In this document: positions 50,791-63,978 of the stretch, piece by piece
Numbering within the stretch: the first letter of the stretch is position 1
Layout of the letters: each line of letters starts with the position of its first letter
Origin: Octopus sinensis
Lineage: Eukaryota
Reading direction: 5' to 3'
Assembly: GCF_006345805.1 (NCBI RefSeq)
Contig: NC_042998.1
Location: forward strand, 168,950,001-169,014,000
Length of the DNA: 64,000 nucleotides
The notes under the pieces: generated by a model
What the model saw: the letters and a program-made list of their open reading frames with translations, nothing else
The model's database searches: none
What the model was told of the DNA's origin: nothing
Program-made: the position numbers and the translations under genes

Positions 50791-52556
50791 CTCTACGAAA
50801 CTAAAATCAGGTCCCATTAACAAAAAAAAGTGAGAAATCAAAAGAAAAAGATTACAAGCCTTCCTGACACGAGGAAAATATCTCAAACTTTTTCCTGACT
50901 TGTTTGGAAAGATGTTAACATTATTTGATTTTTTTTTACTTTCTTTCTTTTCTTTTCATTTCCAGTAAAACCTGAAAAGCAGTTTCACTTTTTTTAACGT
51001 ATATTCTGCTGTCTTATTGCAGTCGTACTTCTAGGATTTCTCTCCATCTACTATTTTTAATCTGAATTGATAAACAAGACATTGCACTATTTTGACTCGT
51101 TTTCAAAGATCCCAATGCTTTGGATTTTTGTAATCACGAGATTCTTATTTGTAATTCTTATTGTTGTTTTGCCTTTTTATTTGTTATTATCGATTTTCGA
51201 AGATATGTTTTCTTCCAATGTTACAAAAACACAGCAAATCATTGCAATATTATTTATCATTGGTTGCTGTATATTTCGTTTGATATTTTTTGTTTTTCAT
51301 TTGATACTTTGTTTTTGTTTGTTTTGCTTTTGGCGCTTGTTTTCTTTTATTTTTAAGAATTGGCTTTTGATTTTCTTTAACTACTAGCTTACAATTATGA
51401 TTTTCGTTCTTTCTCAACGCACTTCTTAAATCTAAACAGAGAAAAGCCCAAGACAATAGATTTGGTTATCTAGTTCACCTAATCAAATAAATATTCTACT
51501 AGAAATAGAATTTCTATTATTTTCGTATGGACATTTACCATAATAATGTACGTGCTGAGTAAAAAGCCGAATGCCATTAATTAATAAATACATTTCAATA
51601 AATAATAGACATTCAGTTGAAATGAACTTGCTATTCGGAAGATTTCGACTTGAACAAATTGATTACTTCTAATCAAACTTTTCCCACAATGAATGACCGT
51701 ACCAATGTAATTTATCGGAAATTTCACGCTATTATTTGGAATATAGTAAATTATCGATTATCTCGCCTATTTTTGAAATTACTTCCTCTTCATTAAGGTT
51801 ACTATCTCATCAATGAACTGAAGTCAGCTGAAGATTAAATCAAGGATCAGATTGCTGTTTAGTTTCTGAATATTAATGCTAAAGTTCTCCACCACCACTA
51901 AAGGTCTTAGTTAATTAGTGATAAAACTCGTGTCTAGAAAGGTTAATAACAATTAGACTTGTTTTTGTAGGTTATCGTTTATGATGTTGTCGCTTTTGTT
52001 GTTTATTATGATGTAGTTTTGCTCTAAACAAACTCTCATTGGGACAACTAAAGGGCAAAGACGTTTTGGTCATAACCAACCATAATTGCATTTCTTAAAA
52101 CAGTAAAGTGCGATCTGCAGTAGTTCCACTCACTAAGCTTTTAACCATATTCTTCCAATGAGGGTGAGTTGGCTTTGTGTTATGGATCCCTCGGAACTTA
52201 TGTTATTTCATACACCTACATCATTATAGACTTCTACTATGTAATGAACGTGGTCACGGCATAAGCCATTGTTCACCAGAAACAATTGTCAAGATGAGAC
52301 AAGGTCATAGCCCCTTTCGTTGGTTTTGTATTCTTTATTCTGCACTCTATATTTTGTATTTCATGTAAATTTACACGTTAACCCTACTTCTTTATTCACT
52401 CGACGAGAATGGTTCTTATATCTCACTTTCTACACTGGAGGCACCTGCCCTAGATCAAAGAGTTGGAATATCATTTCTCATTTCTCTTATCACTACTCCG
52501 TGATTTATTCCACACTTGCTTTAGCGCTCTCCAACACACGCACACACAAACACAAT

Positions 52557-52654
<98 letters not shown>

Positions 52655-52898
52655 TCATTTTGTATTAGTTTGCAAGATTCTTTATGGGAATTCGTAGGTT
52701 GAAGCATATTTTATTGGAAAGGTTGCAAGACGCAACGAATATTTTTAATAAAAATTAGTAAGTAAATTAGTGGAAATCGGACAGGTGGGGTTGTGTTAAA
52801 TTAATAAGGTACTATAAGAGAATGACTCTCCCCAGAAACAATAATATATATATATATGTATGTATATATATATATAATATATATATATATATATTTAC

Positions 52899-52953
<55 letters not shown>

Positions 52954-53588
52954 ATAGTTGAAAACTGCTTAAGAGTCCAGTCATAATCCAAAATTATGGT
53001 TAAAAAAGTAAATAAAGCTGGAAAAGATACAGAAGTATATTTTAGAGTATGTTTAATATTGTTACAGTGAATGATCTAAAATATACCCAGTTTCGATGTA
53101 TCCCTCTTATCAAACTTTGAAAAGAATTTTTTAGCGGTTTGTACTCCTGTTTTAGTGTAAAGTGAAATTTTACTTTAGAGTCATTCTCATATATACATAT
53201 TTTGTCTAGGTTTGGGGTGGGGTTCAAGGGTTCAAGTTTCAGGAATTCTATTGAAAAGAACTCTTTTGAATTGGATGGGAAGTTTCTTATTCATGATTTG
53301 TCAGGTGTGTTTGTGTGCGTGTTTTTGGAGTATATTGTCAAATTTTTTCCTTCTTTCCTTTTCTATTGAGAGACAATGATTTAGTGGTTAAGTATGTATA
53401 TATATATATAAGTCATTAGTGAGAGATTATCAATCCGGGCAAAATACTTTATAAGATCTCTGTTAGTATACCAGGCTAACGCTATTTCTTAAATTAGTAA
53501 AGAAATCCATTCTATATTGTAAGTCTATGGTTGTGTTCCAGTTATATTGGTTTTTCACACAGAGTGATATACAAGATAAGATATATAT

Positions 53589-53915
53589 AATGGTCATTCT
53601 ATATTTCTTTATTGTAGTAAGTTTGCCTTACAGCTGTTTCTAGTTGTCATTATAGATTTGTTAGTGATACGTTTACTCAATCGACCAGTTGATCGGTTGA
53701 AAAATTTGAACGACCTAGATTATTAACGCTACGTTTGTCAAAGACATTTCTATAACTAGAAATGACTCTAATGAAAGTATCATTAATAATCTAGGTCGTT
53801 CAATTTTTCTCAAACAATCAATGGGTCGATTCAGTAAACCATCAATAACGAATCTGACTACTAGATACAGCAGTAAGTCAAATTTATTATAATAAAGAAA
53901 TATGGTAAGACCATT
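53589..53915. repeat. 327-bp imperfect palindrome with ~135-bp arms
   Basis: Inner 22 bp of the arms perfect (TTGAACGACCTAGATTATTAA / TTAATAATCTAGGTCGTTCAA); homology continues to AATGGTC / GACCATT; 56-bp loop with its own hairpin. Confidence 0.85.
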
Positions 53916-53938
53916 ATTTATGTCTTGTTTTATGTGTG

Positions 53939-54044
<106 letters not shown>

Positions 54045-55241
54045 CTGTGTTTGTGTATGGTCGCGCTCAAGGCTCAACGGTACAGAGAAACAAACAGTAT
54101 TTGTAATTTCCAAATTGGTGTAACTTAATTTTTTTTATATATATTTATATATAATTTTTTTTATATATTCCGTTTCAGTGAAACGGAATATTATTTATTC
54201 CATTCATAAAGCAACGAGCCATATGAATCTAATAATAACTGAGAACAGTAAACATTTAAAAGGAAACTAAGAAGTTTAGCAGAAACTACAAATCCTGATG
54301 TCAGCATGTTTCCCTGAGAACATTAATAACTTAAGTGAAATAAAATGTTAGATAACGTGCAACTACACTATGGCACTTACGATAGATATAGTGTAAAATA
54401 ATGATTATGTTGGCAGGAATAAATCAATAGGAATGTCAGAACAGAGAGTGTTGTGACTTTTCAATAATTGATGTTCAATAATCAGAGAGAAATTCTTAAC
54501 TATAAAATATTAATTCAACATTACTTATATTCTTTCCAATAGTTTTGGATTGTAAGTCATTCAGAATTTTGTAAATAAATTACATGGAAAAATTTTTCAT
54601 TTGATATCTAACTAGTGGTCAGGGTTGTCTTTCCAATTGTTCTTCGGTACGGCAAAAATAGCTGAAGGAATAAGTGCCAAACTTTAAAAAAACTAAGTAC
54701 TAGGATCGATTTGTTCGACCAAAAACTGAAACAAGTAAAAGATGACTGAAACTAGTAAAAGAGGAAAAGTAATGTTAGAACATTACAGTATATTTCCTAT
54801 ATTTAAAAGTGCAATGAGTAATGACTCCACAAACATAGATCAATTATATGTGCTTTTATTACGAAGTGCATCTGAAATATGAGGAATGTTAGTTGTTTTC
54901 TATATTTTTTATTATCTTCGGATCCTTGAAAGGATGGTGGTAGGGTGATCCCTCTTCGTCTATCTTCCTACACTAGAACAGATTTGTAGCTGAAGCAGAC
55001 CTGGACAAGAGAAAGCTTGTCATGATTGAGGTCCCGAATGGCAACGAAAAGATTTTGACAAACTTAGCCGATTAATTTGATGGACAAAACGATAATTCAA
55101 ACAATCGTTTAGTCAAGGATGAAAGACGAAGTCGTCCACGGTGGAATTTGAGCCCATAACATAAAGACGAACGAAATACCGCTACGGATTTTGTTTGTCG
55201 TGCTAATGATTCTACCAGATCACCACCTTAACCTATTGACT

Positions 55242-55306
<65 letters not shown>

Positions 55307-55365
55307 GTAATAATAATAATAATAATAATAATATAATAATAATATAATAATAATAATAATAATAA

Positions 55366-55921
55366 ATGCCCTGATGCAGTTCCAGGCAGTGGCTCTCATG
55401 GCTTCTGATCTTAACTGATTGGAAGTGTTATCATGTACATTGTTTTGTCTTGGTATAAAAGATGGGCTACAGCAAATATTCTGCTCAATACCACAGATTT
55501 GCTTGTCAGTTGTTTGACCATAACCAGTTGAGCATGTCCCTTAGTGGCTGACGATATGTGCATCTCTGATCACAAGCAGAAGTAGTGGGGGAGCATCATA
55601 GCCATGTGTTGAGAGGGATTCTTTGGGGTTTGAATAATTCACCTTTGGAAACAGAGGTGTTTCGTTCAACATCCTTAAACAACCCCTATTCAGGGACCTT
55701 TTGAGCGGGATGGGCTACTCGACCAGAACAAAATTCTAACTGGGCCCCACCTGCAAGGTCATGTGCTGTTTATCTTGATATGAGATCACCATGTCGCGCA
55801 CATATGGTTGTGATGCATGTGCCTGGTGTACCTTTATCAGACGGGTAGTCATGATGGGTATATTGGGCTTCGTATATTTTACCCCAGTGTCACTTTGATG
55901 GCATGCACTGCTCTCTCACTC

Positions 55922-55922
<1 letters not shown>
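55366..55922 (+). repeat. (TAA)n-anchored element X, copy 4 (full length)
   Basis: Reverse complement of 5027-5583; long (AAT)n upstream, about 11 AAT units downstream. Confidence 0.9.
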
Positions 55923-55952
<30 letters not shown>

Positions 55953-55954
<2 letters not shown>

Positions 55955-56403
55955 TCACAAAGATAGAGAAATTAAGGCTAATTGGCCGGATTTAGTTGTC
56001 AGAGATCATGAAGAAATTTTTTTTTTCTAATTGATGTATCAATACCAGCAGATGACAACGTTTCTCTAAAAGAAATGGAGAAACTTTCAAAATACAATGA
56101 CCTGGAAATAGAGGCAACTCGAATGTGGAATCTAAAAACAGAAGCAACTCCTATCATAGTAGGCGCATTAGGCATGATAAAAAATATTCAGACAAATACA
56201 TAACAAAAACACCAGGACTTATAAATATATATAACATACAGAAAATTGCACTACTGGGCACTGCACACATCCTACGCAAAACACTTTCAATACAGTAACC
56301 GTAAGAGCATCACAACAAGTCACAGCACATACCCAAGGCACATAGAGCTGCGCTCGGTAGTGAAGTGAAAGCACGCTATAAAAATAAAACTACCGAATAA
56401 TAA
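55953..56403 (+). mobile_element. 5'-truncated R4/Dong-type non-LTR retrotransposon 3' end (family 1)
   Basis: IKANWPDLVVRD..LIDVSIPADDNVSLKEMEKLSKYNDLEIEATRMWNLKT...IIVGALG...IQKIALLGTAHILRKTLSIQ* (stop 56296-56298); two homopolymer frameshifts; ~100-bp 3' UTR ending AATAATAA. Confidence 0.88.
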
Positions 56404-57210
56404 AAAGAGAAGTAAATTGCGTGTCTTTATTATTAGCATAATGACTCTCCCGAGATAAAAAAAATATTGAAAATATCGAGAAAGAAGGAAGCTGATTTAG
56501 AAATAATGTGTTTGAGATTCAAAGGTACTGAGACATCAAGAGTGTCTCAATATTGATATGAAACAAGTAAAAAGATTTTTGCAGCGTTGAGTTTTGTGCA
56601 AATCGGGTAGCAAATGCGATAGCTTTATTTCAAGAAGTAGGTAGAGATTATCATGGCAAAGTAAGCAGACATTAATGGAGGCAGGGAGATTGAAGCCGTG
56701 TAATCCACAACAATGTATTTTGAGGGTGGTCAAACTGCAAACGTTGCGAAAATAAATGAACTTCACCCCATAGGGGATAATGAGAAATTTCGATAAAAGC
56801 TTCTAACCAATTATATGTTTATTTATATATTTATATTTACATGTGTGTGTTTATGTGTATGCGTGTGTGTTCATGTATGTAGTTTTTTGTTCGTGTGTCT
56901 GTGTGCTTATGCGTGTGAATAAAATCTGTTTCGAATGAATTTATTTGTAAATTAAATTTTTCTTTTCTCATACTCATGAAATGAAGATAATTAAGATGGA
57001 AAATGTTGAAGTCAAAGAAAATGTATTAACTTCTGAAAATATGAGAGACAAGAGACTTTATATTTAAAGTAGGCTCAGAATTAACGGCACGAAATTCGTG
57101 ATTGCGATTTTTGTGAAAAACTTCAAAAAATCAAAAAAAAAAGAACACACACACATATACAAACTAACAATACGCATACTGCAGACAGGCTTTAATATAT
57201 ACATACATAT

Positions 57211-57282
<72 letters not shown>

Positions 57283-57294
57283 CATGTATGTAAG

Positions 57295-57329
<35 letters not shown>

Positions 57330-58149
57330 GTATGTATATATGTGTGTATGTATAATTATTTTAATTGAATATATAATTAAAAAGACGAAAAAATGTTCAA
57401 TTGCAGAATCTGTGTAATATAGCTTACGAAATATCGAAAAGACATCTCTCTGTCATATTGTCATATTTAAGATATTTCTCAGGTGAGATGTTTAATGTAA
57501 AATATCATAATTGACAAGAGTTTAAAGCTTTAGCTTCGATGATAAAAAAATCATTTCTACTTTGATATAAAGGTAAATTACCAAGTTCCTATCGATTTTC
57601 TATCCTGATTCTAACAGCTCTCTTTCGTCTGTTGTTATTGTTACTGGTTACTCTGATGTGGCTATTGATATTGCTAACAAAGCTGATGCTCCAGCTGTTA
57701 ATGCTGTAATGGTTATTGTTACTCTTTCTCCTATTTTTTAACTCTTTCAGCTGCAATTGCAGTAGCTATTTACAGCTGTTGCTATTCTTGTCGTTTCTAA
57801 CGCTGCCTTTGTTGTTTCCACTGATGTTAACATCGTTGTTAGAGTTATTGTTATAACTACAGCGTATGTTACGTTTTCCTTTGTTTTTGCTGCTATTGTT
57901 CTTGCTCTTCCTATAGCCTTCTGCTTTTATTATTTCATCGTCATCGTTGTTGTTTAGCTACAAGTTGTTCGTAATCGAGCAGATTTATGATCAAAGGTAT
58001 TCAAGTAATGACTATCTATTTTGCAGGAATGGTCTGCAAGGAACTATATTATTCAATGCGTTATTTTTAAGATGAGAGGATGTGATTTAAACTGCGTTTA
58101 GATAATATTTGTCGAAGACAGAGCAAGCACGCAAAAGAACCATCGGTGG

Positions 58150-58590
58150 AAAGCTGGCAGAATCGTTGGCACGCCAGGCAAAATGCTTAGTGGCAATTCG
58201 TCCGTCTTTACGTTCTGATCCCAAATTCTGTCGAGGTCGACTTTCATCCTTTCGGGTTCGATAAAATAAGGACCAGTTGAGCACTTGAGTCGATGTAGTT
58301 GACTATCCCTTTCCACCGGAATTGCTAGCCTTGAGCCAAAATTTGAAAACATTATTGTTTTTATTAAGGTTGCAGTTAAAGCGGCGAACTGGTAGAATCG
58401 TTAGCAGACCGGACAAAACTCCTAGCAGCATTTTTCCGTTTTTACGTTCCGATTTCAAATTCTGCCGAGAATGACTCTGCTTCGCAGTATTCCAGGTTTA
58501 ATGAATTAAGTGCCGATTGAGCACTGTGGGTCGACGTAATCGGCTACTCCTCTAAAAGTCCTGGCCTTGTTTTAAAATTTGGAGCCATTA
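58150..58590 (+). mobile_element. Two adjacent SINE family A copies
   Basis: Heads at about 58150 and 58378, both with the family A core. Confidence 0.8.
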
Positions 58591-59284
58591 TTGCTGCACT
58601 CAGTTTTACTGATAATTTTACTGCAATTTTGTTGCAACTGTTTGTTTTTACTTATGTATTTATTGTTTTTTCTTTTAGCTGATAGTAACTAAGTTATTAG
58701 ATGAGTAGTTGTCACTACAGCTAGCTTCAGAGACCATGTCTATCCATCGTCTATATAGTGGGGCGAGACTATGAAAGCAAAGCTCAAGTCAGTGGATTTC
58801 TTGTAGGCCCCTTTCAAAATCCTTTCTTCACAGGCAAGTAACTCGAACAAGAACTTCAGAAGAAAATATGAGACAGGGCAATTTCTCAAGGCTAGACTCC
58901 TTAAATTCTCTGGCAGAGAGCTTCTGCCGATATACCGTTTACTCTGTAACGTCAATGAGTCTGTGACAGAGGCTTTGCTGACGCTAATGCTGCTATAAAT
59001 TTGTTGCTCAATAACGATTGAAGAAACTGTATAATTCTTTAAACTACTTTTACAAAACAAAAGTAACTGATATAACTATCTTGAACTACTGCCATGCTGG
59101 AGCACTACCTTGAAGTCTTTAGTCGAAAAAAATCGACAACTAACACGGTTGTCAAGCGGCGATGGGAAGCAAACATAAACCCAAAGGCACACGCACATAT
59201 ATTTATTATGAACAATCTTTTCGATGCCAATGGATGTAAAATGGCAAGCATATCATCCTTATCGACAGTAATGTAAAACATAAG

Positions 59285-59500
59285 AAAGAAAAACTTTGAC
59301 TTCGGAACTTACAAGGACATACCTGTGAATCTTTTGTTTACTGACTTCTAAAATGACATTATTAAATTACCTTAAATTTAAGAGATACATAAATATCCTC
59401 ACCAAGAGTTTCGAAAGAAGATTAAAAAACATTTATGCATCTAACGACATTCTAATCCTTTTTGACAAAACTAATAATTTATACCAAGATCGATAAAACC
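59285..59500 (+). pseudogene. Penelope-like RT N-terminal fragment
   Basis: KENFDFGTYKDIP...F*ND...SNDILILFDKTNNLY, matching PLE ENFGF.T...P...FE.DL...ADKT.NLY. Confidence 0.6.
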
Positions 59501-60200
59501 ACTTTTACCGCATTTTAAATCACTGAGAAACGACTTTAGAAAAATTAAATGGATTACTTTGAATGATGTCAATAACATGAATGCCACAACTACAGTTGCT
59601 CATAAGCAATTGCAAGTGAATTTTACTTGGAAGAATGACAGGAACTACTTTTTATAAAGGACTCAATTAGGGTGACGATCTGATATAAGGCATATCAGTA
59701 AAATAATTTTGGATGGTAAAAACCGTTATTTGCACTGTGTGCAGGATGATCTGAAAACATTATTCGCATATTTATTCCGATTACCTTCCTGCAGATTCGA
59801 ACGCAAATATGCTAATCTGTCACGTACGTCACAGAACAACTTTTTACGACGACAATGTTTTCATAACACACTCGGTTAATTGGTACCGTTAATTTTAGAT
59901 GTTAATTCATCAATAATTAAGAACAGAGTTTAATTAAACCTTCGGGAAAACAGGCTGTGAATTATGGGTTTAACCCAATTCCTACTAGGCTTAAAATAAG
60001 AGTGCGCTATCCCTAATAATTATGCTTTCGTTACAGCCTAATAATTCCTTCGCTAAAATATCCTTTATTCTAAATTTTTTTTAAATCCCCAGTCGCATAG
60101 GTACTACAGTATCTTTACCAAGAGCTCTATGAAATTATCTTATTCGATTAAGCCTAATTTAGTCCAAAGTATAGCACCTAATATGGCTTAATAAAACCAA

Positions 60201-60816
60201 AGAAGAATTAGTAATACTCCTTTCGGGGTCGATTAAATAAGTACCAGTTACGCACTGGGGTCGATGTGATCGACTTAATCCGTTTGTCTATCCTTGTTCG
60301 TTCCGTCTATGTTTAGCCCCTTGTGGGCAATAAAGAAATAAGAAACTTTAGCACGCCGGGAGAAATGCTTAGCGGGATTTCGTCTGCCACTACGTTCTGA
60401 GTTCAAATTCCGCCGAGGTCGACTTTGCCTTTCATCCTTTCGGGGTCGATTAAATAAGTACCAGTTACGCACTGGGATCGATATAATCGACTTAATCCGA
60501 GAAGGAAGGCGGCGAGCTGGCAGAAATGTTAGCGCGACGAGTGAAATGCTTAGCGGTATTTCGTCTGCCGCTACGTTCTGAGTTCAAATTCCGCCGAGGT
60601 CGACTTTGCCTTTCATCCTTTCGGGGTCGATTAAATAAGTACCAGATTAAATAAGTACCAGAAGAATTAGTAATACTCCTTTCGGGGTCGATTAAATAAG
60701 TACCAGTTACGCACTGGGGTCGATGTGATCGACTTAATCCGTTTGTCTATCCTTGTTCGTTCCGTCTATGTTTAGCCCCTTGTGGGCAATAAAGAAATAA
60801 GAATTAGTAATACTCC
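60201..60816 (+). mobile_element. SINE family A concatemer with a 144-bp direct repeat and an 18-bp TSD
   Basis: 60201-60344 equals 60660-60803; AAGAATTAGTAATACTCC occurs at 60203, 60662 and 60799. Confidence 0.85.
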
Positions 60817-61259
60817 ACAAAATAATTAGAGTAAGTTTTGAGAGTGCCCATCATATTCTGCCTAGCCAAGATCATTGTATATAGATCGACAGTCAAAATA
60901 CCTAATATTAACGAACTTGATTTTGGGCTTATTACTAATAATTTGAAGTGAAATTTTATTCATATACATACTGTGACTGTATGGTTAAAATGCTCGCTTT
61001 GAAAGCCACCACGGGGTTTCGACATTAGTCCCACTGCACGGCATTTTGGGCAAGTATCGTCCCGAACCGATTCATGGCTTGAAAATGAATCTGGTAGACG
61101 GAAATTGTGTAGAATCCCATCGTATATATATATATATAGTATAATTATAATTGGCTTTCATGGGAAACATATATTTTGTGGTTGAAACCTATTGGATCTA
61201 TTTCTAGTGCTAGAGTGAGCCACATAGTGACCACTCTCTTATATATTTACTTATATATA

Positions 61260-61306
<47 letters not shown>

Positions 61307-62524
61307 CATACATATACGGTGTGTTCGTGTTTGTCATCCCTAAACACCGTTCGACAACTGGTGTTGGTTTGTTTGCATTCCCATAACTTAGTGGTTCAGC
61401 CAAAGAAACAGATATAAATAAGTAATTAAAAAACAAGAAACGTAAGTGCCAGAGTCGATTTGTTTGACTAAAACTCTTCAAGGTGGAAGCCAGCATGGCT
61501 GCAGTCCAATTACTGAAACAAGTAGTTGATAAAAGGTGCTCCTTTCTGAACCTCGAAAGAAGAAATACTACTTCTTTATGCTATTATATTTGGAAATTGA
61601 ATGTAGCATGTCATTTGTACTTTAAATAGAACATTCTAAAATGAAGCTCAACCATATGCTAGAAACAGAATATCCTGTATAATTCATGTTCTTGAAATTT
61701 GTTTTCGCTAAGGTGCCTTCACTAAATAAAAATATCCAAAAGAATCACATCACAAAAGCACAAGATTCTTAAAGCTTCCTTACATTACGACTCAGCTATC
61801 ATGATTGACATACTAGATCTAACTTCTTTTTTGCTTTTGTTTACAATTATTGGTTTCTATATTTATTATTAACACTTCAAATATTCTCGAATCCAGCATT
61901 ACTGCACCCACTTGCATGTCACATAATTCTTGATTTTCCTAAATTAACTGTCTCTTCTTTTCACGTAATTTTATTCTACCTTATCTTAGCTTAAAACACC
62001 TATATTTTATAATATCTACGATGACACGTTGTATTATATATTGATATTGTCTTATTTATGAATGCAACGTGTCTTTATTATTTCATATTACTTTACTTTT
62101 ACATTTTTCTTATTTTCTCTGACATTGAATTAGTATTATTTGATTTGGGTTTCAATTTTCAATTTTTATTCTCAATCTCAATCTTTTACTGTTTCTACCA
62201 ATCTTTCTTACGTATTTTCATAATCTTTTCTTGGTGTTCTTATTTGTGAATGGATCAATATAAGTATCTTTGGTTATGTTTTTTCTAACATCCTGAATTT
62301 GAATTTATCTTATTATTTTAATTATAGTTATGTTAAGTATTTTCTAACAGTCCATGTTGCTTGGCAATTTCCTATTCAGTTGCTTTCTTTCATTTGGTAT
62401 GCAATTGTTTATAACTAGACACTTAGATTATTTAATCTATAAGTTAGTTTCACCATATTATTTTGTCATTCTGTGCCCTAATTTTCTATGTCCTTTCTAT
62501 TAAATTTTATATATGTACATACAT

Positions 62525-63225
62525 AGGAATGGTTGTGTGTTTGAGAAGCTTGCTTTCCAATCGCATATTTCCGAGTTCAGTCCCACTGTGTGGTACCTTG
62601 TGCAAGTATCATCTACAATAGCTTCGAGCCGACCAAGAGATTGTGAGTGGACTCGTAGACAAAAACTGAAAGAAGCCGGTCATCTATATCTGCGCGCGCA
62701 ATGCGTGTGCGTGTGTTTGTGTCTGTGATTGTCCCGCCATCACCGCTTGACAACCGGTGCTGGTGTGTTTACTTCCCCGTAACCTAGCGTTCGGCAAAAA
62801 TAACCGATAGAATAGGTAACAACCGACCCTCCCCAAAAGTACGATTATGTGAACATTGTTCGAAAATAATTGCTGGAAAACAATTATTCGAAAACAATTT
62901 TTCGAAAAACATTTATTCGTTTGGAAAATTGTATGAATGAAGATTATTCAAAAGGACAATTATACGAAATGTTAATTATTCTAATTTTTTTATTTTATTT
63001 AAACAAAAGGGATAAAGTTGAAAATCAAGTACATAAATGATATTTATTTCGAATAACTGTTTTTCGAATAATTGTTTTCGAATAATTGTTTTCAAACAAT
63101 TGTTCTCGAGCAATTTTCCTGATACGAAAAGTAGTGGTCGGATCGTTTCTCTTGACTGAAAAGTTCTTCAAGGCCGTGCCCCAGAATGACCGCGGTCTAA
63201 TGACTGAATCAAGTAAAAGATAAAA
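62525..63225 (+). mobile_element. SINE family B split by a 285-bp insertion
   Basis: Head and core at 62525-62820; tail resumes after 63133. Confidence 0.8.
62842..63126. mobile_element. MITE with arrays of subterminal TTCGAA(A/T)A(C/A)AATTG-type repeats
   Basis: Four to five ~14-16-bp repeats in inverted orientation at each end; exact 7-bp flanking duplication AAAAGTA (62835-62841 / 63127-63133). Confidence 0.7.
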
Positions 63226-63806
63226 GATATATATGCGTCTGCATATGAATATATGGAAAACTTGTTTCTTTTTATTAAAGGTGTTTTGCATTATAGAAGT
63301 GCTTCTTGTGGGGATTTCTTTGGAATTAATCCTCGCTAATAAGATGAATGAACCTGCCTTGATGTATCCTTGGGCTCACTTACCCTTATATATAAGTATG
63401 GATTAACATAATGATTTCTATTTTTGTGCCTTGACTTCTAAACGGTGTGATGTTATATTTATTGTTACATTTGTGAGTCTCTGGAATTATTTATATCTTC
63501 GGAAGTAGTAGCTTTATAACTTATATACAAACCTTATAAATGCATATTAAATTGTCTGTTTAAATTAGTTATATATGTATGCGCATGGTAGTTTATATGT
63601 ATCTTTTAATTCTGTTTTCGTTATTACTGCATGTATAAAGTGATGGTTTGTTGCCAACTAAATGTCGTAATCCTAGGAAAAGAAAGAATGCTACTGCTAT
63701 CTAGCCCCAGGAAACACCGTTTCCAGTTGGCCATGTGACACAAGAGTACTGTGTCCTTATGTTTTCAAACAGGGGAGATAAGCAACTCCATCCAGCAAAG
63801 CCAATA

Positions 63807-63849
63807 TCTAGAGTCTAGTTTCAGAGTTATTGCTCTTCATCAGTCTGGA
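63807..63849 (-). ncRNA. Inactivated minimal hammerhead in a Penelope-like tail
   Basis: TCCAGA-CTGATGA-AGAG[CAATAA]CTCT-GAAA-CTAG-AC-TCTAGA; the conserved U16.1 reads A and stem I has one mismatch. Confidence 0.7.
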
Positions 63850-63909
63850 GTAGCTTGGCTTGCTAGCTGTCGATGCTTATTCACCTTGAAAACATATTTA
63901 TGTATGCAG

Positions 63910-63978
<69 letters not shown>

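Noticed and set aside
57620-57960. Ala/Val-rich coding-like stretch
   Set aside because: A degenerate GTT/GCT trinucleotide repeat with stops.
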